A DNA stretch of 30,078 bases from Fibrobacterales bacterium. GTDB lineage: Bacteria > Fibrobacterota > Fibrobacteria > Fibrobacterales > JAOPTW01. The position numbers were made by a program, and so were the translations under genes. The stretch lies in the NCBI GenBank assembly GCA_051532055.1, contig JAOPTX010000010.1:167613-197690 (forward strand), written 5' to 3'. Positions 1 to 8,884 of this stretch are shown piece after piece. The notes under the pieces were generated by a model. It saw only the letters and a program-made list of their open reading frames with translations. It made no database searches and had not been told where the DNA came from. Numbering within the stretch: the stretch's first letter is position 1; the number at the start of each line of letters is the position of its first letter.

Positions 1-90
1 TTTTAACATAAAATCATATTTAGTTATTGGTGTTGCGGGGGTTATTTATCTAAGATTTAGGGTGAATATTTAATTTTAAGGGACCTACTT

Positions 91-1833
91 ATGAAAAATT
101 TAACTTTAATACTTACCCTGCTGCTGATATTAACAGGGTGTTTTCTTTCAAATGACCCAGGGGATGAATCTCCTAAAACTGATGTCACCCCCGACACATC
201 GCTGACTTCGAGTAGTACTTCACTGTGTAGAATTATTGATGGGGATGAGTACTGCCCAACTATTGATATAAGCTCTCAAGATATTAATAAGCCAGACGAA
301 TACATATCAGATGTATCAAGTGAGGGGTATTATTCAAGTGAATGGAATATTTCAAGTGAGGAGTATTCCTCTGAATGGTATGAGTACGAAATATCTTCAG
401 GTTGGGGGTATGAAGAGTCTTCATTTGATTATGATAATGCCTATGAAGTCGGTGAATCCGAACGATGTATTTATGGCGAACAATTTGAAGCATATTCTAC
501 CTATAATTATAAACAAGACAAATGGTATTGTCCTGATACTACCGGTTATAATTATAAGGTTGAGAAGCAGTATACTTCCGGAGATACTGTGCATAATGTT
601 GGTTTTTGCAATGCTGATGACCTAGATAGTTATGAGTACGTTAGAAAGGTTCCAGTATATATATCTTATACAGAGTATCTCGCATTAATTAAAAATACTC
701 CTGCTGTTACCCCTAAGCATTTTGGGGTTACTTTGAATAGTGGTACCTGGAAATTAGTGAATGAAATCGATGAAGGAATTCATGTGTATGATAATACTGA
801 TCCTCAGAATCCAATTTACACGACCTTTATTACAATACCAGGTAACAAAGATTTTGTTATAAAAAACAATACCCTTTTAGCGAACAGTTATGAAGTATTG
901 CTTGCAATAGATTTCACAACGCCAACAGCAGTAACACTTTTGAAAGATATTCCTGAAATTCTCGTGAATAGTAGTTATGGAAGGTCGTTGATGGTGTCAA
1001 AAGATTTAGGGTTTATATCTGGTATAACGGAGGTACGAACAACTGAAGTGTATTGTAGAAATGGTTTGTATACTACCAATGGCTTTGAAAGTAGTAATGC
1101 ATATTATTTTGAGAATGAGTACAGTGGCTACACATATGATTATGCCTACAGTAGTTATGATATGATGATAGAGCCCTATTATGAAGAAAATGGCATTGCG
1201 GAAATATTCGCACTCGGTGATGACTACTTATATGCACTTAGACCAGGTGTACTGATTACAATCAATGTAGCGGATGAGACTTCACCTAAGTATCTTTCTC
1301 AAAATAAAATTAATGATTGGGATATTACTTCGATCTATATCTCTAATGAGATGCTTTTTTTAGCAGGCTATGAAGTGATTCAGCTTGTTGATTTAACGAA
1401 CCCAAGTAACCCAGGTGTTGGCGACCCTTTACGTGGAATTACACACTGTGACGAGCTTATTGTGGTTGAAGATTTTCTTTATGCATCAAGTGTTAGAAAT
1501 AAAGAATGTTATAGTCGAAATAATGGTTTGACAATAGTGAACATTAGTGATAAATCAGAGCCCGTTATTGAAGAGGTCTATTCAATGGATGGACCCACTG
1601 ATATTGAAATCGTAGATGGGTTTCTCTATGTATGTGATGGTCGTGCTGGATTTAAAATATATACTGTTGAAGGGGCGGAGTTAGATCTTGTTGCACAAAT
1701 TGATTCAATAGTTGTTGAGACTGTTTCTGTAATTGATCTTGTAGCAACTTTGATTGGTGAAGATGGAATCTATATCTATGATGTGTCAGATGCAAAGAAT
1801 CCAGTAGAAGTCTCTTTTACTCCAACACCGTAA
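91..1833 (+). CDS. LVIVD-repeat lipoprotein (paralog 1)
   Basis: Lipobox LTGC (Cys17). Ser/Glu/Tyr-rich linker. Family-type motifs GIHVYDNTDPQNP..FITIPGNKD and LYVCDGRAGFKIY. Repeated 'VDLTNPSNP / YDVSDAKNP' units. Confidence 0.85.
   Translation: MKNLTLILTLLLILTGCFLSNDPGDESPKTDVTPDTSLTSSSTSLCRIIDGDEYCPTIDISSQDINKPDEYISDVSSEGYYSSEWNISSEEYSSEWYEYEISSGWGYEESSFDYDNAYEVGESERCIYGEQFEAYSTYNYKQDKWYCPDTTGYNYKVEKQYTSGDTVHNVGFCNADDLDSYEYVRKVPVYISYTEYLALIKNTPAVTPKHFGVTLNSGTWKLVNEIDEGIHVYDNTDPQNPIYTTFITIPGNKDFVIKNNTLLANSYEVLLAIDFTTPTAVTLLKDIPEILVNSSYGRSLMVSKDLGFISGITEVRTTEVYCRNGLYTTNGFESSNAYYFENEYSGYTYDYAYSSYDMMIEPYYEENGIAEIFALGDDYLYALRPGVLITINVADETSPKYLSQNKINDWDITSIYISNEMLFLAGYEVIQLVDLTNPSNPGVGDPLRGITHCDELIVVEDFLYASSVRNKECYSRNNGLTIVNISDKSEPVIEEVYSMDGPTDIEIVDGFLYVCDGRAGFKIYTVEGAELDLVAQIDSIVVETVSVIDLVATLIGEDGIYIYDVSDAKNPVEVSFTPTP
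316..369 (+). repeat. Short coding tandem repeat (18-bp period) in the linker of paralog 1
   Basis: TCAAGTGA at 316, 334 and 352, encoding SSEGYY-SSEWNI-SSEEYS. Confidence 0.7.
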
Positions 1834-1851
1834 TATGTATCAAAACTTTTT

Positions 1852-1882
1852 AAAAGGTGCCAGCTTATTGCTGGCCTTTTTT
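1852..1882 (+). terminator. Intrinsic terminator
   Basis: GCCAGC-TTATT-GCTGGC hairpin followed by a T run. Confidence 0.85.
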
Positions 1883-2007
1883 GTACCAAAATTTCTTAGA
1901 GATATGGAACATACTATTATTAATGTAAAAAGGTGTTTGGTTATTAGGATTGATGGGTGTTATTTTGTAGACTTTAGCGTGAACTTTATAACTTTTGGAA
2001 CCTATAT

Positions 2008-3564
2008 ATGAACTATTTAAAGTTACTTCTTACCCTGCCGTTGGTATTTGTAGGGTGCTCTCTTTATAATGAACAATCTGTAGATTATAGCCTTCAAGAT
2101 GAGCGGACATACGCATCGTCAAGTAACGAGTATTATTCAGTGAATGAGTCCTCATTTGATTTTGATAATGCCTATGAAGTGAGTGAGTCTGATCGATGCT
2201 TTAAAGGTGAAGAATTTGAAGTACATTCTGCGTATAATTTTAAAGAGAATAAATGGTATTGCCCTGATACTACAGAATATAACTATAGGGTTGAGAAAGA
2301 ATACACTGCAGGAGATACGGTGTATACTGTTGGTTTTTGTAACACTGATGACTTAAAGAGTAATGAGTATATTAGAAATAGTGAAGTGTATACGCCCTAT
2401 TTAGAATACCTGGCATTGATTAAAAATGTACCTGCTGTTACTCCAAATAATTTGGGTTATACTTTAATACATGGTAAATGGAAACTTGTAAACGAGGTAA
2501 ATGAAGGAATTCATGTGTATGACAATACTGACTCTCAGAATTCAATTTACACTACCTTCATTTCGATACCAGGTAACAATGATTTTGTTATAAAAAATAA
2601 TATTCTTCTAGCAAACAGTTATGAAGTATTGCTTGCAATAGATTTTACAACACCGACAGCGGTGACGCTTTTAAAAGATATTCCTGAAATATTAATAAGT
2701 GAAGATTATAAGGGAGAAATGGTAGTTTCAAAAGAACGAGGACTAGTGACTGAGATGATTGAGGTGAAAACTACCGAAGTGTATTGCAGGAATGGCTTGC
2801 GCTATGCAAACAATAATGAGAGTAGTTATGGTAGAGAAGAAAATAGTAGCGATGATTATTATTATGCGATGAGTAACAATAGTATGACATCAGAATCTAC
2901 ATGGCCCTATTATGATACAAGTGCTGATGTAAATAATTTTGTGCTGGGGGATGATTACCTGTATGTTCTCAAACAAGGTGTGCTTGTTACTATTGATGTT
3001 GAAGATGAGACTTCTCCTAAGTATCTATCTCAAAATGAAGTAAATAAATGGTCTATAACATCAATCAATAATTCAAATGGGGTACTCTTTTTGGCGGGTG
3101 ATAGAGAAATTCAGCTTGTTGATATTTCAAAGCCGAGTAACCCAAGAATAAGGGATCCGTTAATTGGCATTACACGTTGCGATGAAATTATCGCTGTTGA
3201 AGACTATATCTATGCAGGACGGACCAGAAATAAGAACTGTGATAATCGGGAAAATAGTTTGCTAATAGTAAATATTAGTGATAAATCAGAGCCCGTTATT
3301 GAAGAGGTCTATTCAATGGGTGGACCATCTGATATAGAAATTGTTGATGGGTACCTTTATGTGTGCGATGGTCGTGCTGGATTTAAAATATATGCTGTTG
3401 AAGGTGCAGAGTTAGATCTTATTGCACAAATTGATTCAATAGTTGTTGAGACTGTTTCGATAGCTGGTCTTGTAGCGACTTTGAGTGGTGAAGGTGGTGT
3501 CTATACCTATGATTTGTCAGATGTAAATAATCCAGTAGAGATCTCTTTTACTCCTACAGAATAA
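2008..3564 (+). CDS. LVIVD-repeat lipoprotein (paralog 2, close duplicate of paralog 1)
   Basis: Lipobox FVGC (Cys17). Long stretches identical to paralog 1 (LLANSYEVLLAIDFTTPTAVTLLKDIPEIL; IVNISDKSEPVIEEVYSM). Confidence 0.85.
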   Translation: MNYLKLLLTLPLVFVGCSLYNEQSVDYSLQDERTYASSSNEYYSVNESSFDFDNAYEVSESDRCFKGEEFEVHSAYNFKENKWYCPDTTEYNYRVEKEYTAGDTVYTVGFCNTDDLKSNEYIRNSEVYTPYLEYLALIKNVPAVTPNNLGYTLIHGKWKLVNEVNEGIHVYDNTDSQNSIYTTFISIPGNNDFVIKNNILLANSYEVLLAIDFTTPTAVTLLKDIPEILISEDYKGEMVVSKERGLVTEMIEVKTTEVYCRNGLRYANNNESSYGREENSSDDYYYAMSNNSMTSESTWPYYDTSADVNNFVLGDDYLYVLKQGVLVTIDVEDETSPKYLSQNEVNKWSITSINNSNGVLFLAGDREIQLVDISKPSNPRIRDPLIGITRCDEIIAVEDYIYAGRTRNKNCDNRENSLLIVNISDKSEPVIEEVYSMGGPSDIEIVDGYLYVCDGRAGFKIYAVEGAELDLIAQIDSIVVETVSIAGLVATLSGEGGVYTYDLSDVNNPVEISFTPTE

Positions 3565-3583
3565 CTACGAACCCATACTTTTT

Positions 3584-3613
3584 AAAAGGCTAGTAATTTA
3601 CTGGCCTTTTTTT
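3584..3613 (+). terminator. Intrinsic terminator
   Basis: AAAAGGCTAGTA-ATT-TACTGGCCTTTT hairpin plus T run; homologous to the terminator at 1852. Confidence 0.85.
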
Positions 3614-3755
3614 GTACCTAAACTTGAACTAGATATGGCTGTTAGTGCTCCTGACTTGTGAGCGCTTATGTTGAGTAATTAATAGATGTACTATGTTTTG
3701 TCTCTTATTCTGTCTATACTTAGAGAAACAACCTATTTATTGAACAGAGGAAATT

Positions 3756-5408
3756 ATGAAAAATTTAGTTGCGATTTTAGGAGCGGGTTTACTCTTTACG
3801 GGGTGCTTAACTTCGGATGATTCATCGACACCCCCAGTGGAAAGTACTGCGGATTGTGTTATAGTTGATGGGGTTACTTTTTGTAAAGAGAATACAAGTT
3901 CATCGGAAGAGGAAGAGCCAGGAGATAATGTGTATTCAAGCGATCTTATTGGGTATTCTAGTTCAGAAGAAGATTTACCAATAGATTATTCATCTATTGA
4001 ATTAGGAGAAGAGTGTATTGTACTTGGTGGAGCTGAATACTGTAAAGATGTAGAGATAGATCCCTCTTCTAGTTCAGTGGTTATCTATGAATCAAGTTCG
4101 TCATGGGAGTGTGATTATTGTAGTTCCTCTGACTATGAATATAACGTTGATAGTATGTATACCTCAAATGATACACTGTATCATGAAGGGACGTGTCAGT
4201 CTGATGAGCTCTACTCATGGGAAAATATCGTTAACACACCAATATATTTGGCTTATGAAGAGTATTTAAAGAGTATCGGTAATGAGAGTGGTATTAAGCT
4301 TGAAACAACGGGTAAAATTTATCAAGTTGAAAAATGGAAATTTATTAATGAGGTAGACAAAGGAGTCCATGTGTATGATAACAGTGATCCTGTCAACCCT
4401 AAATATATTAGCTTTATTAATATTCCAGGTAATAGAGATATTGCAATTAAAAATAACACCCTCCTTGCAGATAGTTATGCAACATTAGTCGCCCTGGATT
4501 TCTCAAGCCCCGGTGCGGTGAAGCTTTTGAAAAATATTCCTGATGTTCTTACGGGTAGATATGAAAATGGCTATGAGATGCTCACCAAAGATTCTGGTCT
4601 TATTGTTGATTGGGATATTGATACAACCGTAAATGTTATGTGTCAAAATTATCGAGAATGGGACTATGATATGATGCCTGTGTTGGAAATGACAGATGAC
4701 GCAGCAGAGAGTAGTAGTGAAATGTCGAATGATGTTGAAAAAAGTGTTGTTATTGGTCAAGGTGGGTCTCTGGCTCGTTTTGCTCTTTCTGCTGAATATC
4801 TCTATGCCGTAACTGATCGTGAGCTTATCACCTTTTGGGTAACCGATGAATCTAACCCAAAGTATAGTTCTACAACAGATATTGATTGGAGTGGCATTGA
4901 GACTATCTATATGAAAGAAGACATGCTCTTTGTAGGATCGATGAATGCAATGTATATCTATGATATTTCGAATCCTTCAAACCCAAAAATGGCATCACGC
5001 TTTAGTCATGTAACGAGCTGTGATCCTGTGGTTGTCGAAGGTGATTATGCGTACGTGACCTTACGAACAGGTACTGGCTGTCGCTGGGGGGATACAGAGC
5101 TTGAAGTAATTGATGTATCTGATATTTATGAGCCAAAATTATTAGAAACATATGAAATGGATAATCCGTCAGGGCTCGGTATTCATGATGATGCACTCTA
5201 TGTATGTGATGGTCGTGCAGGGCTTAAGGTGTTTGATATTACCAATACTCCAGAGCTCGAGATGGTAAATATTGTTGATACCATTGAAGTGAACGACCTC
5301 ATTGTTGATGAGACGAATCTGACACTCGTTGGGCCCAAAGGTATGTATCAGTATGATCATAGTGATCCGACAGATTTGGTATTTCAAAGCTTTATAGAAG
5401 CGAAATAG
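3756..5408 (+). CDS. LVIVD-repeat lipoprotein (paralog 3, canonical motifs)
   Basis: Lipobox FTGC (Cys17) and GAGG RBS. Motifs GQGGSLARF, IETIY, YIYDISNPSNP, SCDPVVV..YAYVTLRTG, LYVCDG. Confidence 0.88.
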   Translation: MKNLVAILGAGLLFTGCLTSDDSSTPPVESTADCVIVDGVTFCKENTSSSEEEEPGDNVYSSDLIGYSSSEEDLPIDYSSIELGEECIVLGGAEYCKDVEIDPSSSSVVIYESSSSWECDYCSSSDYEYNVDSMYTSNDTLYHEGTCQSDELYSWENIVNTPIYLAYEEYLKSIGNESGIKLETTGKIYQVEKWKFINEVDKGVHVYDNSDPVNPKYISFINIPGNRDIAIKNNTLLADSYATLVALDFSSPGAVKLLKNIPDVLTGRYENGYEMLTKDSGLIVDWDIDTTVNVMCQNYREWDYDMMPVLEMTDDAAESSSEMSNDVEKSVVIGQGGSLARFALSAEYLYAVTDRELITFWVTDESNPKYSSTTDIDWSGIETIYMKEDMLFVGSMNAMYIYDISNPSNPKMASRFSHVTSCDPVVVEGDYAYVTLRTGTGCRWGDTELEVIDVSDIYEPKLLETYEMDNPSGLGIHDDALYVCDGRAGLKVFDITNTPELEMVNIVDTIEVNDLIVDETNLTLVGPKGMYQYDHSDPTDLVFQSFIEAK

Positions 5409-5488
5409 TATCAATATTATTAACGTATTCAGTGGAGTTTTACTTTTGTTACACTGAGTGCTATTAATTCAAATTTTCAAAGGAATTC

Positions 5489-5514
5489 AGCCTACTCAGT
5501 GAGTGGGCTTTATA
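5489..5514 (+). terminator. Probable intrinsic terminator
   Basis: AGCCTACTC-AGT-GAGTGGGCT hairpin (G-U pairs) followed by TTAT. Confidence 0.55.
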
Positions 5515-5635
5515 AGTCAATAGAAACATTACTTAGATATAGCTCAGTGTTTTAAGGAAGTGCTGGTATGGCTCATAGTATATCAAAATGTAACTATTCT
5601 ATTTAATTGCCCTGATCCCTTTCATAAGTGACCAC

Positions 5636-5664
5636 AAAAAAAGCCTGCTCATTGAGCAGGCTTT
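5636..5664 (-). terminator. Intrinsic terminator of the ferredoxin gene
   Basis: Perfect AAAGCCTGCTC-ATT-GAGCAGGCTTT stem; the A run at 5636-5642 is the U tail on the - strand. Confidence 0.9.
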
Positions 5665-5685
5665 CAAAAATAGAATGAGTAAGAA

Positions 5686-5856
5686 CTACTCTTCGATAGC
5701 GTCTTCTGGACACTCGTCTACACAAGCACCACAGTCAGTACACTCGTCTTCGTCAACGATACAAAGTCCATCAATTACTTCAAGAGCATCTGTTGGACAT
5801 ACTTCAACGCAATCACCGCAACCGGTACATTTATCTTTTAAAATAGTTACTGCCAT
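5686..5856 (-). CDS. fdx: 2[4Fe-4S] ferredoxin, clostridial type (56 aa)
   Basis: Two CxxCxxCxxxCP motifs (CTGCGDCVEVCP, CTDCGACVDECP); very acidic. Start placed at ATG 5856 because GAGG lies just upstream. Confidence 0.95.
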   Translation of the reverse strand: MAVTILKDKCTGCGDCVEVCPTDALEVIDGLCIVDEDECTDCGACVDECPEDAIEE

Positions 5857-5901
5857 ATTTTCCTCACTGTACATTAATTTGATATGATAATCTGTTGAAC
5901 T

Positions 5902-5910
5902 ATAATATCA
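5902..5910 (-). promoter_or_regulatory. Putative extended -10 promoter of the ferredoxin
   Basis: TGATATTAT (TGn-TATTAT) on the - strand about 45 nt upstream of the start. Confidence 0.45.
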
Positions 5911-6041
5911 TTATTGATTGTTCTGATAGGTAAAATATAGGTAATAACCGTTCTAAATAGGTGGCTGAAAATGTGCTTTTTTCAAAAAATAAGGCTAGCT
6001 TGAAGTTGACTCTGAAACTAAATCTCAATTGTAGGCCTGTG

Positions 6042-6069
6042 AAAAAGTCGCACTTGAAATACGACTTTT
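6042..6069 (-). terminator. Intrinsic terminator of the rnf operon
   Basis: - strand AAAAGTCGTAT-TTCAA-GTGCGACTTTTT; the G-U pairs work only on the - strand. Confidence 0.8.
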
Positions 6070-6097
6070 AGGTACTATAAAATAGTGATTTTAAACG

Positions 6098-6670
6098 TTA
6101 AACCATACCGGAAAAACCCATAAATGCGAGTGCTAAGAGTCCTGCTGTAACGAGGGCAATTGGTGCACCACGCATTGCTTTTGGTACTGAATAGAGTTCG
6201 ATTTTTTCCCTGATTCCTGCAAATACAATTAGGGCTAAACCAAAGCCTATAGCAGATGCAATGGCATAGATGATTCCCTCAAAAATTCCGAGCTGTTGTT
6301 TGAATGCGAGGATGGCGACGCCAAGTATCGCACAGTTTGTGGTTATGAGAGGTAAGAACACTCCCAGCGCTTGATAAAGTGGAGGACTCACTTTTTTCAT
6401 AATAAGTTCCACCATCTGCACTAATGAGGCAATGATGAGTATGTAAGATATCGTTTGAAGATATTCAATACCAAAAGGTATGAGTATCTCGTTCATTATA
6501 AGCGAGGTGACAATAGTAGCAAGAGCCATTACAAAGGTTACCGCAGCGCTCATACCTACCGCAGTACTTACCTTGGTACTTACACCAAGAAATGGGCAGA
6601 TGCCGAGGAACTGTACGAGAACAACGTTATTTACAAATATGGCGCCGACTATGAGTGCAATAATTTCCAT
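6098..6670 (-). CDS. rnfA: Rnf complex subunit A
   Basis: NNVVLVQFLGICPFLGVS and FLPLITTNCAILG motifs; hydrophobic; GGAGG RBS. Confidence 0.96.
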   Translation of the reverse strand: MEIIALIVGAIFVNNVVLVQFLGICPFLGVSTKVSTAVGMSAAVTFVMALATIVTSLIMNEILIPFGIEYLQTISYILIIASLVQMVELIMKKVSPPLYQALGVFLPLITTNCAILGVAILAFKQQLGIFEGIIYAIASAIGFGLALIVFAGIREKIELYSVPKAMRGAPIALVTAGLLALAFMGFSGMV

Positions 6671-6682
6671 CGTGATGCCTCC

Positions 6683-7273
6683 TTAAGATTTTCTGGCGAA
6701 TTTGTTAAACGCCGCAGTTAAAAATCCAAGTGCAATAAAGGCACCTGGTGGTAATATGAAGAGGAGCATTGTTGTAGCGTCTGTCGAGACAAATTTATAA
6801 TCGAAAATTGACCCAGCACCGAGTACTTCACGAACAGCGCCGAGAAGTGTGAGTGCAAATGCAAACCCAAGGCCCATTCCTAATCCATCAATAACAGCAG
6901 GGAACATAGAATTCTTAGATGCAAATGCCTCTGCACGACCAAGTATCAGGCAGTTAACCACGATTAGAGGAATAAAAAGTCCCAGTTGCTCATGGAGGTC
7001 GGGAAGGTGTGCAGCCATAAGCAGGTCGATAATGGTTACAAAACTTGCAATAATAACGATAAATGCGGGGATACGTACTTTGTCGGGAATAAAGTTTTTA
7101 ATGATTGAGATTACAAAGTTTGAACCAACAAGTACTGCAGTAGAAGCAAGTCCCATACCAAGACCATTGATTGCAGAGCTTGTTACACCGAGTGCAGGAC
7201 ACATGCCTAAGAGTAATACAAAGACTGGGTTTTCTGTAGTGAAGCCACGTCGAAATACATTTAATAAATTCAT
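6683..7273 (-). CDS. rnfE: Rnf complex subunit E
   Basis: [46 protein letters not shown]; 4-nt overlap with rnfG. Confidence 0.96.
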   Translation of the reverse strand: MNLLNVFRRGFTTENPVFVLLLGMCPALGVTSSAINGLGMGLASTAVLVGSNFVISIIKNFIPDKVRIPAFIVIIASFVTIIDLLMAAHLPDLHEQLGLFIPLIVVNCLILGRAEAFASKNSMFPAVIDGLGMGLGFAFALTLLGAVREVLGAGSIFDYKFVSTDATTMLLFILPPGAFIALGFLTAAFNKFARKS

Positions 7274-7917
7274 TGAGTTACCTCCTGTGTAGAGTCAGTA
7301 GTGGGAGGGGTTATTGGTACAGCTTCAGGTTGTGTTGCTGGTTCTTCTATGAGAGTCCCTTTTTTGAGCATGGCATCGTAGGCTTTTTGAACCGCAGCGC
7401 TAAAGGCACGTGAACTTATTGTTGCTGCAGCAATTGCATCAACAGCACCACCATCTTTTGTAACTCTCAGTGTATATTCTAACGGGTCTTTACCATCAAA
7501 CTGGTCTTTAAACTTTGGTTCAGCCATTTTTGTGCCAAGGCCCGGCGTCTCTTTGTGACGAAGTACTGAGGTTGTTATGATTTTATTATCACTATCAAAT
7601 CCAACCATGATCCATACTGCTTCGGTAAAACCATCGGCAAAGGTCTCGACGGCAGTGCCAATCAGAGTACCATCTTTTTTGCCTGGGTAAAAGGTGAGTC
7701 CTTCAAAGCCTTCGACAGTGTACTGCTCTGCACTTGGATCGTTGTTAAGCCCTGGGACGACGGTACTTATCGCTGCAAGGGTCTTTTTCTTTTGAACCTC
7801 TTTAATAAGGTCTTTTGTTTTTTCGTTAGTAATTGCGAGTGCAAGAGCAGAAATTACTGCAATGGCAGTGAGTACTACTACCATATTTAAAAAGGTAGAA
7901 TCGAGTTTCTTAGCCAA
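7270..7917 (-). CDS. rnfG: Rnf complex subunit G (FMN-binding)
   Basis: N-terminal TM anchor, [18 protein letters not shown] flavinylation-site region; TTG start with AAGGAGGTGA RBS. Confidence 0.94.
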   Translation of the reverse strand: MAKKLDSTFLNMVVVLTAIAVISALALAITNEKTKDLIKEVQKKKTLAAISTVVPGLNNDPSAEQYTVEGFEGLTFYPGKKDGTLIGTAVETFADGFTEAVWIMVGFDSDNKIITTSVLRHKETPGLGTKMAEPKFKDQFDGKDPLEYTLRVTKDGGAVDAIAAATISSRAFSAAVQKAYDAMLKKGTLIEEPATQPEAVPITPPTTDSTQEVTQ

Positions 7918-8884
7918 AGTTCACCTCCTTTCCGAAGCGTTTGGGTTTACAAGCTTTATCTATGAGGGGAACAAATGCATTCATTATAAGGATAGAGTAT
8001 GAGCATCCTTCAGGGTATGCACCGAGAATACGAATGAGTGCACAGAGTATACCACCACCAAGCGCAAAAATAATCTGACCTTTGGGAGTCATTGGGCTCG
8101 TAACCATGTCGGTTGCCATAAACCAGGCGCCAAGCATTGCACCACCAGCAAAAATATGGAACATTGGATTTGCGTAAGTGAGTGGGTCAACGAGCCAGAA
8201 GGCACCACTGATAATAATTAGTCCGAGAAGATAGAAGACTGGGATGTGCCACGTGATGATTTTTTTGTAGAGCATGTAACAGCCCCCGAGAAGTACCGCT
8301 ACGGCACTTACCTCACCAAAACAACCACCAATATTACCGATAATCATATCAACAAGCGCCGGGAGTCCTTCTGTGCCTTGTTCAGCAAGATGTCCAAGTG
8401 GTGTCGCACTAGTTGTAGCATCAAACAAAGACAGTTGGTTTGTACCGGGCTGTGCCCATGTTGTCATCTGTACGGGGAATGAGGCGAGCATAAACGCACG
8501 CCCAATAAGGGCAGGATTAAAAGGGTTATTTCCTAAGCCACCAAAAGCAATTTTTGAAACGCCAATTGCAACAATGGCGCCAATCACTATTTGCCACAAA
8601 GGAGTGATGCTGGGTACATTAAATGCGAGAAGGAGTCCGGTAATCACCGCTGATCCATCAGAAATTTTTGAAGGTTCTTTTAATAGATACCGCTGAAGAA
8701 TGTGTTCAACAGCGAGGCATGAGACTACAGAGGTTGCTACGACGGCCAGTGCTTGGATACCATAATAGTAGAGCCCAACGCCGAGGGTAGGAATAAGAGC
8801 TATGACCACTCCCCACATAATCGTAGTAACCGATGGCGTTGCTTTTTCGTGAGGTGAAAGAGATACAATAAATTTTTGAGCCAT
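7910..8884 (-). CDS. rnfD: Rnf complex subunit D
   Basis: FGGLGNNPFNPALIGR, DATTSATPL (FMN Thr), FMATDMVTSP, YPEG. Confidence 0.96.
   Translation of the reverse strand: MAQKFIVSLSPHEKATPSVTTIMWGVVIALIPTLGVGLYYYGIQALAVVATSVVSCLAVEHILQRYLLKEPSKISDGSAVITGLLLAFNVPSITPLWQIVIGAIVAIGVSKIAFGGLGNNPFNPALIGRAFMLASFPVQMTTWAQPGTNQLSLFDATTSATPLGHLAEQGTEGLPALVDMIIGNIGGCFGEVSAVAVLLGGCYMLYKKIITWHIPVFYLLGLIIISGAFWLVDPLTYANPMFHIFAGGAMLGAWFMATDMVTSPMTPKGQIIFALGGGILCALIRILGAYPEGCSYSILIMNAFVPLIDKACKPKRFGKEVNFG

Noticed and set aside
91..3564. Diversity-generating retroelement template/variable repeat pair
   Set aside because: No reverse transcriptase; differences are not adenine-specific; both copies are full genes.
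5857..5874. Longer ferredoxin start at 5874
   Set aside because: The extension contains the RBS for ATG 5856, and 56 aa is the typical length.
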